Assembly: GCA_002245135.1 (NCBI GenBank)
Contig: NGBS01000012.1
Location: forward strand, 62,001 to 126,000
Direction of reading: 5' to 3'
Source of the DNA: Proteromonas lacertae
Taxonomy: Eukaryota
DNA: 64,000 nt
Translations under genes and position numbers: made by a program
The notes under the pieces: generated by a model
What the model was told of the DNA's origin: nothing
Seen by the model: only the letters and a program-made list of their open reading frames with translations
Databases searched by the model: none
Part shown: positions 53,327-64,000 of the stretch, piece after piece
How positions within the stretch are numbered: the stretch's first letter is position 1
Layout of the letters: every line of letters begins with the position of its first letter

Positions 53327-54191
53327 TTAAGGTAAATCGTCACAATTATTATCTTTAAAGTACTGCCATAATCTATTTTTCAGTTTTAAGATATTATCTG
53401 TTATTATTTTCCAATGTTCAAACATCTAAAGAATTAACAACAATGACTATATACTTCTTCTCTAGATAGATTACTCTGGATTGCTTCTAAGAAGGTTTCT
53501 TTATATGGACAAGCTACCATAGCTGTCTATAATGTTAATAGCAATTTGAAGTGTATACGCTAAATGCAGTTCTAATATACCAAGGATGATGATGAGCTAA
53601 TGCTTTATTATAACTTTCTCTGCATATTTTACTTAGTTCTTTATCTCTTTCTTCGTAAACTTGCATTAATTATTTCATAAATAAAATCTAAAAACCATAA
53701 TAATCGTAAAACTGTTCTTGATGCACAATGATAAAATTTTCCTTTACCATTCCAACCTCCTAACAAAGTAAATTAATTCACTAAAATACTATCTCCTGTT
53801 CTTTCTACTTTCATGCTTTTATCTGTTTGTACTAATTGCTAATATAAGTTTATTTATTAAATAATATATGTAATACTTGAATTGTTACTTTAGAAGGAGA
53901 TCCTTGTAACTTACCTATACTAAAATATTCATTTCTTCGATCTTTTAAATTCTTTATTTTTGTTACTACATCTGAAGTGGCAAATGAAAAACCACTTCCT
54001 AATATGTCTAAATATAGTAAATTTAATTCCAAAATATACGAAATAATCTTGTAAATTCTTCATTTAAAGATAGAAAATCATCTAATTTGGTGTCTCTATT
54101 TGATACAAGTATTTCTGTAATTCTTTGCATTCTGAATAGATTAAATGTAAGTGCTAATGTGAATAATTATTCTTTCAATACCTTCTGGCAT
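53327..54191 (-). CDS. Glycolipid transfer protein family (CPTP/ACD11-like)
   Basis: Spliced: LGSGFSFATSDVVTKI, SRTVLRLLWFLDF, SYNKALAHHHPWYIRTA, ACPYKETFL, ending DDLP*. One +1 frameshift at ~53666. Confidence 0.85.
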
Positions 54192-54336
54192 TGTCTGTGA
54201 TCTAATGGTATGATATTGAGAATGTTTTTAAATTGGCGAAAAATTTAATTGGGGATATCAAAAAAGTGATTTTCAAATAATTTCCGTACAACCCAAAGTA
54301 CACCATAATTTTAAAATAGAAAAATATTCATTTATT

Positions 54337-56709
54337 TTAAAGTAAGTCTTCATCCTATATCGATTAAAGATTATATAAATATAAAATATACAAAAGTTGA
54401 AGCTGAAAGTGAAAGAGATTCAGAATCATCATCATCTTTGTTGTTTTTTTGAGCTTGTTTTTCTGCTTCTTCTCGTTTCCTCTTTTCTTCTTCTTCCCGT
54501 TGTTTTGTTTCTAATTTCTCCCTTTCCTCCCTAATTTGTTTTTGCCTTTCTTCTTCTCTCTTTCTAGCTAGCTCTTTTAACCTTTCTTCTTCTGACTTAT
54601 TATCTTCTTCTATTTGTCTTCTTCTTTCTTCTTCTCTTTGCTTTTCTAATTCTAATTTTCTCTGTCTTTCTTCTTCCTCTTGTTGTTGTTTCTTTCTTTT
54701 TTCTTCTTCATCTTTTCTTCTAGTTTCTTCCTCTAATTGTCTTCTCCTATTATCTTCTTCTGTTTGTTTCTGTCTCTCTATTTCCTGTTGTTTCTGTATA
54801 TCCAACTGTCTTTGTTTTTCAGCTTCTTCAGCTTCTTTTCTTCTTCTAAATTCTTCTTCAATTTGTCTTTGTTTTACTAATAATTCATCACCATTTGTTA
54901 CTTCATTATTTTCTCTTGTTGTTATTTCTTCTTCTTCTCTTATCACATTTGTTGATTGTTGATTTACATTAGTACCATACTGAGTAGTTGTTGGTTGAAT
55001 AGTATTAACAGTTGAAGTTGTATATGATATTGGTGGATTATTATCTGATTTATTACTCTGAGTAAGATAATCATTATTTATATAATGTTGAGCTTGCAGT
55101 TGTTGTTGCTGTTGCTGTTGTTGTTGTTGCTGTTGTTGTTGTTGCATTGGCAGAGGTTGAGATGATAATGATGATATTGATGATAATGGTTGAGAAGATG
55201 TATTTGAATTACCCAGTTGATATAATGATGATGACTGTTGTAGTGGAGGAGGAGGAGGAGGAGGAGATGGTTTATAAGCATTCTGACGAGGTAAAGAATT
55301 GAAGTATAAATCTCTATTCAATAAATCATAAGTATTAGATGTAATATTATAATCATTACCTACCAATGGATGATATTGTTGTTGTTGTGATTGTTGTTGT
55401 AATTGTATTGGATATTGTGGTATAATTGGTGTTTGATGTTGATAGAATAATGCTGATGATGATGTGTTATCTAATTCATTAATGATTGTATTGATTTTAC
55501 AATCGAATAAATCTCTTTCTTTTCTTAATCTTGCTTCTAGATAATCATTTTTAGTTTGTAGTCTTTCAATTTCTCTAGCGACATCAATATTGTTCTATTG
55601 AATAATAATATATTATTTTATACAGTCCCATTGCTTATAAAACTTTTAATTTTCTTTTCTTGTTCCATTATTTCGTTTTTATATTCTTTTTCTTTCTTTG
55701 ATAATTCTAATATTTGAATTTCATAATCTTTTACTCTTTCCATATTTCTACTTTCAGATTGTTTATATTCTTCAATTTCTTGTTTTAGTTTTAAGTTCTC
55801 AGTATTTTGATATTTTATCATTTCTTTTAATCTTCCTATTTCATTTTCGTTATCTTGAGATCTTAATTGATAATTGGATAATTCATTGATTAATTTCATT
55901 TTTTCTATTTCATAATTCTCAATTGTTTCTTTATATATCTTTATTTTTTCTTGATATATTTTACATTCATTATTATTACTATCTATCAATAAATTATATT
56001 CTTCTTCTTTATTCTTCAATTTTTCTATTTCGATATGCAAATTGTTTATATCTATTTCATAAACTCTTATCTTTTGTAGTGACTGTTCAGCTTGTATTGA
56101 TTGCTTTTGTTCCAATTGATGAATTGTTTCTAATAATTGGTTTTCATGAATTGATTTTGTCTCTATTTCATCTTCAAAGTCGTGAATTCTTCTTTTGTAT
56201 TGTTCGATTATTTCTTGATTTTCAATCTCTTTTTTATTGTATGTTTCAATGTTTGAATAATCTGAATTATAATATTTTGACAGATCTTGAAGAAATATGT
56301 GAAGTAAAGGACATTTTTCTGAAGGGATTTGATTAGGTATAGAATATCTACCATCTTTAACATACTAACAAATGATTTTTAAAAAGAATATACAGTTATT
56401 AAATCTGGACCATTTATAAGTTCTTTTTCACAATTAGCTTCTTTTAAAAATACCTTATAAGTTAAATAATCAGTTTGAAGAAACAAATATTCAGCAATTA
56501 AACTGTTCAAAACAGCTGTACTATTCATATTCATAAAATCTTTTGGTTGAGAAGTAAATAATGAATTAACTATCTCAGATGCGTAATTCTATAGACTATG
56601 TACCAATTTTTAATACTTTGAGGTTTTCCATTACATTTTCTTGAGATAACCAATCATTTATATCATTTTCAATTATACTATCATTCATCAAATCTGATGA
56701 TTCATCCAT
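54337..56709 (-). CDS. LisH-domain coiled-coil protein, OFD1/FOP(CEP43)/FOPNL-like
   Basis: N-terminal LNSLIAEYLFLQTDYLTYKVFLKEA (LisH) followed by PLL; coiled coil, polyQ/polyP and an E/R/K single-alpha-helix-like tract. Confidence 0.6.
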
Positions 56710-56770
56710 AATTTTAAATTTTCAAAAATAGAAAAATATATTCGTTAATAACAAAACTACTCTATTTTTA

Positions 56771-57727
56771 ATGAATCGTTTATCTCCTAAACAAGCATAT
56801 GAATTGACAAAAAAGTTAAGGCTATCAGGACAATTGAAAATAATAGATAGAATAGAACCTTCAAATAAAGCAGCAGTTAGTTTTTACGGATATAAGACGA
56901 TTAAGCAGTATTACAGACATAATAATTATTTACTCATAGAATAAAAACACCATTAATAATAATAGGAGGAACTTCGCAAGTTATTAATCATTGGATTCCA
57001 ATGATTGAAATTCTAAAACCTTACCATGATGTTTTTGTGTATGAAACTAGAGGCCAAGTATAAATAATAAAAATTTATTATATATTTGTAATAGGGTTCA
57101 ACAACATTGTCAAATATTGATTGTAGCCTTCCAACTCAAGTCGAAGATTTTATTCAACTAATTCGTATAATGAATTATGATTCAATCAAAGTAAATTTGT
57201 GTGGCTTTTCTTTTGGAGGAAGATTAGCTTTATCAATTGCAAATAATCATCCTAGTACAGTGAATAAGTTAATAATAACTGGAGTAGGTAATGGCCGAGG
57301 TGAAAAGGGTAATCAAATACATCAACAGTGGATTGAATACTTAGAACAAGGAGATTTAGAGAATATGATAAGAAGTTGTCTAATTCATTCCTATTCAAAA
57401 TCTTATTTGTTGAAAAATAAAAAGTATATAGATAAATGGGTGAAAAGGACCTGTGAAATGAATAATATAAAGAATTTACACAATTTAATTACTCATACGT
57501 TAGTTTCAAAGAATTCTCCTTATTCGCCCTCTAATTTGGGTAAAGCAATTCATTGTCCTGTATTATCTATAGCTGGTGATAAAGATGAACTTGTTCCAAT
57601 AAAAAATGCTATTGAATTAGCAGAAATTGGTCATTTTAAGATGAAAATAATAGAAAATGCTGGACATAACGTTCCAGTAGAAAATACATATGCTTGGACT
57701 AAAGCTGTTATTGATTTTTTGAAATGA
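56771..57727 (+). CDS. Alpha/beta hydrolase (PcaD/MenH-like)
   Basis: YETRGQG, GFSFGG nucleophile elbow, IAGDKD and NAGH catalytic His; two introns. Confidence 0.85.
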
Positions 57728-57882
57728 TTAAAAGAATAGTGTGTGTTTATGACTATTTTTATATTTTCCTTATTATATTGTTTTGTTTGTTATTCATCCC
57801 AAAATATTTTAACAAAATATTCTATATCCAATGAAACGGCATATAAAATCACAATTTCATTCACACTTATTGACTATATTAA

Positions 57883-59617
57883 TTAAGGTGTAAGAACAGG
57901 AATAGGAGTCTCATCCAACCACAACTTTTGCATGAAATCATACAACTCTTGAGATAAAGAAACCTTATAAGGGAGTTGGATTTAACTTTCTCAATATATC
58001 TTCTCTTATATATGTCAATTGTTCTTTAACTCTTTCTCTTACCTTCTCAGTAGCGAGTAATTCATGTTGTAAACCTCCTTTACTACCATCCCAGAATAAT
58101 ACTCCTAATTTCTCTACCTTAGTTGGAGTTACATAGACTCTCTTTCTTGGTTCAAATGGATGATGGCATAATATCTGTTCATGAGGTTTTGGAGGCTCTT
58201 CATGATCAAATTTCATAATATCCAATATAGCGATATTATCTTTATCATAGAGTCTATATATAGACTTCTTACCAGGAATAGTAATCTTTACACTATCTTG
58301 GGATAACTTAATACGTGGTTTACCTTTCATTTCCACTAATTTATATACCATTCCTAATGCTGGTTGTGCTTGACAGGTAACTAAGTTAGTACCAATACCA
58401 TAAGCAGTAATTTCATGTTTCTGTTGGTTCAAACTGGTCAATACATCTTCATTAATGTCATTACTAGCGGTAATTCCTAATTTACCAAATGGAACTTTGT
58501 ACTTCTTCTCAAAGGCAATAAACATCTTTCGAGTTTCTTTGGAGAGATATGCTAAATCTCCACTATCTAATCTAATACCTAATGGCATGTATCCTTTGTC
58601 ATATAATACTTTAGCAACACACAGGAAGTTTGGAACACCACTCTATATATATAGTAATAACAATAAAGAAATACTCTTAATGAATCATATGAGTCAACTA
58701 ATGCTAAGAATCCTTTTGGAAATGCTTGGCCATATGCAATAAATGCAGCTAATTCACCTAAGTTAGACTGCCAGTGATTCTCTTCACGGATTTTTAAGGT
58801 TTCTTTAACCATATCAGTACCTTCAAATACTTTGTTCTATAATATAATTATAATTATATATATATATATACTTTTAAGTCATCCAAACATGTATAAGCTA
58901 ATACAAAGCTGTGTGCATGCGTGCCTTTCACTGGTATACCATACTGTATTCCTGCTTCCAAGTTACTTGTTCCATCAAATCCTCCAATATAACTGTATCT
59001 ACTTGCAGACATACCACCATCTGGACCTTGAGCTCTTCTTAAACCGAATTCTAATAAAAGTTTATCATCACCAGCTGCTTTTCTGAAACGTACTGCGTTT
59101 GTAGTGATTAATCTATTATGTATATATATATATATATTTGAATAAACTATACGATGCATAATTGACTAGATTCAATAAAGTTGTCTCTAATAATTGGCAT
59201 GCGGCTAATGGACCTTCTACACGTATAACTGGAACACCAGGGAATACGACAGTACCTTCTGGAACAGCCGTAATCTTGACATCTTTCATTGTCAACTCAG
59301 CGAGGAACTTGTAAAATCCCTCATCAGATGGTCCAAGAACAGTTCTTTTTAAATAAAATAATATATTAGTACTTTAAGTAAGCAATCTGTTCGGGGGTGA
59401 TCTTGAAGTCTTTGATGAATTTTAAGCAATCATCAATTCCACAAAAAACAGTAAATTCACCTTGGAATGGATTTTTACGGAAGAACAAATCGAAAACGCA
59501 AGGATCATTGTAATTACCGTCTTTCCAATAGCCATAGGCCATGGTGAACTGATAAAATAATATAGATCAATATACTTCGTACATATCGTTCAACAATGGG
59601 GTAATGAAGGAGTTCAT
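57883..59617 (-). CDS. NAPRT: Nicotinate phosphoribosyltransferase
   Basis: [69 protein letters not shown]. The C-terminal LNPTPYKVS is restored by removing one base at 57971-57973. Confidence 0.95.
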
Positions 59618-59984
59618 GAGATTAAATCAGTTATTAAAAACTTAGTGAGTTATAAATACCCATTTTAGCCAATCAAATGCAAGAATTTTATAAATGCTCT
59701 TTTTTACATAGTTAAATTATATTGATGAGTATGTAGTTAATAAGTACAATCAAAGTTGATTTTATTATTATTTATAGCCTTTTATTCAGTAAAAAATTAG
59801 AATTATTTGATTATTTTTATGTTTTAAATTAAATCATTGAAAATCCATATTATTAACCACATGATGCTTCTGAAGTACTAAAATCTCATTAGTCTTCTCT
59901 CTGTTTTGAGATAAAAGAAAAAGCGTTATAAATTTATCCGTTTCATTTTCAAAAAACAGTTCTTTTTATTTTTGTTATTTAACC

Positions 59985-60966
59985 ATGCAAACAACAAAAT
60001 TATTCCCAGATAATGAAAGATTAAATTTCTATTTTAATGAAGTTAGGTATTCTATATTTTATTATCCATATTCTTTTTAGATTTCGATTACAGAATAGAG
60101 GAGCAAAAGGAACACGAGATTTATTAGTTGCTTGTAGAATGGCTGATCCAGAACACAGTGGAATATTGAGCAGAGATCAATTTGAAGCTGCATGTAACTT
60201 TGCTGGTGTATTCCTTAATGCAGATGTATTTTCACACATATTATTTAATTAATAGGAAGTTTCTGCATTTATATCAACATTTGGAACAGATGAAGAAATT
60301 AACAGAATTTACTACGAAAAATTTTATTGCGAATTAGTCCAACCATTGTCAGAAGTACGTGAAAATAGTGTAAAGCGAGCATGGGCAATGTTATCGAAAG
60401 GAAAAGAAACTGTGCCAGTTCAACAATTAATCAATAATTTTCATCCTGAATGCCATCCATTAGTGTTGACAGGTCAATTAGAAAAAGATGACGTTTTACA
60501 AACCTTTGTAGACGCTATGATTCCACTATCTGAGACTAAATCTTCCCAAATAGACTATGAGTTATTTAATGAATATTATAGAGATATTAGTAATTCAATA
60601 ACCAGTGATGCTATATTTAAAGAGATGATTAGCGAAACTTGGGGATTACACGATGCTAGTACACAAAAAGGATATGACAGAATTGCATACTTAGAAGAAG
60701 CATTGATTGAGAAAATCAGACAGCATTGTAAACCAAAAGATAATAATGAAAAAGAATTAATGAAAATATGTCGATTCTATGATTCTGGCGAGACTAAAAC
60801 ACTATCAAGAAGTGATTTCGAGAATGTTCTAAGAAATTATGGAATGTTATTGCCTGAAGATGATATAGAATTGTTTTTTAATAATTATGTGGATTATGAA
60901 ACAGGTGAAATACCATACAGAGATCATCCAGAAAACTTTATTCCAAAACTATATAAACGATGGTAA
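59985..60966 (+). CDS. Calcyphosin-like EF-hand protein
   Basis: LQNRGAKG, ADPEHSGILSRDQF, MSEVRENSVKRAW-like motif, HP....G, IDYELFNEYYRDISNSI..D..F..MI..W; extra EF-hand YDSGETKTLSRSDF. Confidence 0.75.
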
Positions 60967-61087
60967 TTTATTTTTATTTTATTATTACTTCTAAAATTGT
61001 GTTTTTAATTTTTTTTTCAAAACATTCAGAAACGGTTAGAATTTTTTTCGTTATATTTTTCTTAAATGTTATTATGTATTCTCTATA

Positions 61088-62334
61088 ATGCCTAAAGAAC
61101 CCCCTTTATATTCGGACGATGATCTACCACTTCTGAGATACTATCACTGTATATACAATTTCCCTTAATTTTAGTCTCATTCAAAGAAGCCAGAAGACTG
61201 TTTGATAAAATAGACTCAGTGTTTCAGTATATTTAACAGTATTATATTTTAAGAGATTGTGAGACTATTCCTTCCACAGCATTTGTTCATTTCTTCGATA
61301 AAAATTCGTCAACATGTAATATTAAACTAACAGTTATACTAACCGGTATTAATAATATCAATATATTTATTCTCATAATAGCTTACATCGCTAAATCACC
61401 AACTCAGTTAACAAAAAGTCAATTCCTGCTGCTTGTAGTAACAATTTGTTTGTCGGATCTACCATATGCCTCAATAGCTTTCGCATTATTCGCCACTGGG
61501 TCAAATAGTTGGCCAATACACAATATTTCTAATTTTGGAGAAGATATAGAAGGAAATAGTGAAATATTAAACACAATAATCACATATGATGCAAATCATG
61601 ATGGATCTCTCTCACAGAAAGAGTTTTACTTATTTTTCAGAAACAATTCATTTCTATTCAATCAACTTACCACATTTTTAGATAATATAAAGAAAATGAC
61701 ACTCGGAATGAAGGAATGGAATAGAATAAAGCATAGATATCATCATTTCCCAGAGATTTTAGAGTATCAATTAAACAATGGTATGGCAAATCCAAACTCT
61801 TCCATCTTTCATCGTTTAGCTCGTTGTTTTATGTGTTGTATGGAAGATCCATTAAAATACGATTATCCACCATTCGATCAAAGAGAAATATTAAGTTATC
61901 ATTATCAATCTTTACTTCAAAATATATTGAATAATGGTAGATATATACAATTGAATAATAATGGTCCTGGTGGTAATAATAATACATTTCATAAGACTAG
62001 TACCAACATTACTAACACATTGACATCACCAATATCTTCAAGATTAGCTAGAAATAGTAATTTCAGTAATGCTTCTTTGCCTTCAGTTAGAATGAATTAT
62101 ATGAGGAGACATAAAGAATCTGTGTCAAAATGTAATACTGCTAATCAAAAAGATGATAATTCGAAAAGACCAGTGAAAGATTTGAATGTGATTGGCCCTT
62201 CCTTAGATCAAAGAATGAAAACTAAACCTACACAAATTATGCCTGTTGATGCAAACATTCCCACTAGTCCAAGAGCTCAATTTGTTTCAAGACATAATTC
62301 ACCTGACTCTAAAAAAGATGATGATGATGAATGA
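61088..62334 (+). CDS. Uncharacterised EF-hand protein (paralog of 32591-33964)
   Basis: Canonical loop YDANHDGSLSQKEF; three 5' introns inferred. Confidence 0.65.
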
Positions 62335-62472
62335 ATGAGGAACCAATTATTTATATTGATCAATAAGTGTAATTATATTATTTAATGTAAATTTCTGTGT
62401 TTTTTTTTTCTGTAATGCAAGCTTGGATGTTGGTTTGAAAATCAAATTAACATAATTATCATTTTCTCGATA

Positions 62473-64000
62473 ATGGAACAATTTGGAGAGTTATGTAGTG
62501 TATATTGCGTATTTAATATACAATATTAATATATTATAGGTAATTAAAGAGTATAACAAGAATGATTTTTACTCTTTGTTGGAAGTAAAAAATAAAGAGA
62601 CAAATAAGTTGAAGATTATAAAGATATATAATAGAAATAATATAGATTCAAGGTCCTTAGACATATTTAAAAGAGAATATGAGAAACTGAAGAAATTAAA
62701 CCATAAAAATGTAATATCATATGAAAAAGTGATAATAAATGAAATGAATATAATACTGGTAATGAAAAAATACTCAAAATCTCTGATAGATTTGATAAAT
62801 GAAAAAGAGATGGAAGAGAATGATATAAATAATATTATAATAAAAATCTTGACAATGTTGAAAGAATTGCATGAAAATGGAATAATGTATAACAACATTA
62901 AACCAACTAATATTCTATTTGATTCGAATTATATCTAGTTGATAATTTGAATTATTTCTTAAAGCAGAATAATTTAGAAAATGATGATGTGAGTTATTTA
63001 AGTCCAGCTATATTGAATGGAGAAGTAATAGATGATGCCAGTAGTGATATATGGAATATAGGGTTGTTGATGTATGTATTATTAACGAAAAGAAATCCAT
63101 TTAACAAAGCGAGTAGAGAAGAAACAATAAACTCTATAAAAGAATGTAAATATGACAAAATAGAAAGAAAAGAAGCATATAATGCTATTTTGTCAAAACT
63201 ATTAAAAGTAAATAAAAAGGAAAGAATAATTACTGAGCATCTGATTAAAAGGTTGAATGAGATTATTTATAACTCAAAAATGGTATTAATAGAGAAAATG
63301 ATGAATGAAAGAAAATTTAATGAAGTATATTTTTAATATAAATGATTTTTAATAGAGTATAATATGTTTAAAAGAATTATTAGATAATCCTTATTCAAAT
63401 GATAAAAGGTGCAATATTTATAGTCTGTTAGGACAATGTTTCCTCCAATTAGTATTTATAACTATTTATCTATGATGAAAATAGGAAGATTGTGATGAAT
63501 CAATTCGTTATTTGCATTTAGCTCTAGATAATTCTTCAACTTCAGAAGTTAAAGAAATGATTTTTATTGATCTTGCTGCAGCCTATATGATTAAAGTACA
63601 ACATATTTTATATATTTATTAAATAGAATGATTATCAAAAATCAATTCATTATGGAAAAATGGGATTGTTATATAGTGTAACACCAGAGAGAAAGTCCAT
63701 TTTAAATTACTGTATTGCTATTAACTATAATAAATTGGTATGTTGAATATATATTAGTATTATTTCTTTTCTGATTAGAATCATTATGAAGATTCTATTT
63801 GTTACGGAAAAGAATCATTGAAGAATAATGAGAATTGTTTTACAAAAAGTCAAAATTCATTTCTTATAGGAGAATGTTATTATAAAATTGTATTATTATT
63901 TGTTCTATTGTCAATTTAGAAGGATTACAAAGAGTCAATAAGTTATTTTATAAATGCATTAGAATGTTCGCTGTCAAATGAACTAAGATACAAGTGTAAC
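62473..64000 (+). CDS. Pseudokinase + TPR-repeat protein, partial (runs off window)
   Basis: LKKLNHKNVI, YNNIKPTNIL (no catalytic Asp), SDIWNIG; then short exons with TPR-like YSLLGQCF..ESIRYL..AL and IGECYYK. Frame break at ~62935. Confidence 0.7.

Noticed and set aside
57784..57791. TGTTTGTT, the Blastocystis motif linked to stop codons created by polyadenylation
   Set aside because: It lies about 57 nt after a genomic TGA. Every complete gene modelled here has an encoded stop, so there is no evidence for poly(A)-generated stops in this window.
62930..62946. Frame break and TAG in the kinase-TPR gene as evidence of a pseudogene
   Set aside because: Downstream exons and splice sites are intact and the window has many probable indel errors; it cannot be called without reads.
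1..64000. Alternative genetic code or stop readthrough to explain fragmented ORFs
   Set aside because: In-frame stops fall inside short introns or follow single-base indels; the standard code works.

Overview
This is very AT-rich, gene-dense eukaryotic nuclear DNA with many ~25-45 nt GT-AG introns. The tiny introns and a He_PIG/PA14 surface-protein family suggest a Blastocystis-like stramenopile (inference). The ORF track is fragmented by introns; manual splicing gives about 30 genes. They include a giant Ig/PA14 type I membrane protein, a PH/ARM protein, a USP22-like DUB, a secreted CULT+MRH protein, EEF1AKMT4, MRI1, ERGIC3, an ABHD hydrolase, PDZ-TBC, a DUF3405-like gene, Kelch-SAM-RING, a kinesin, GLTP, a LisH protein, NAPRT, EF-hand proteins and a kinase-TPR. 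Main points of interest: (1) four 50-62 nt minor-spliceosome-like introns with AT-AA or AT-AC ends and a deviant ATATC(A/T)TT donor within about 12 kb; (2) a rearranged duplicated module of pseudokinase + kinase-LRR + tRNA-Trp (one tRNA copy degenerate), with patchwork identity; (3) a kinesin motor fused to a C-terminal OGFr-like domain; (4) two divergent genes whose ATGs are only 4 nt apart. About eight single-base frameshifting insertions are most likely consensus errors. All domain calls are motif recognition by eye, not database searches.
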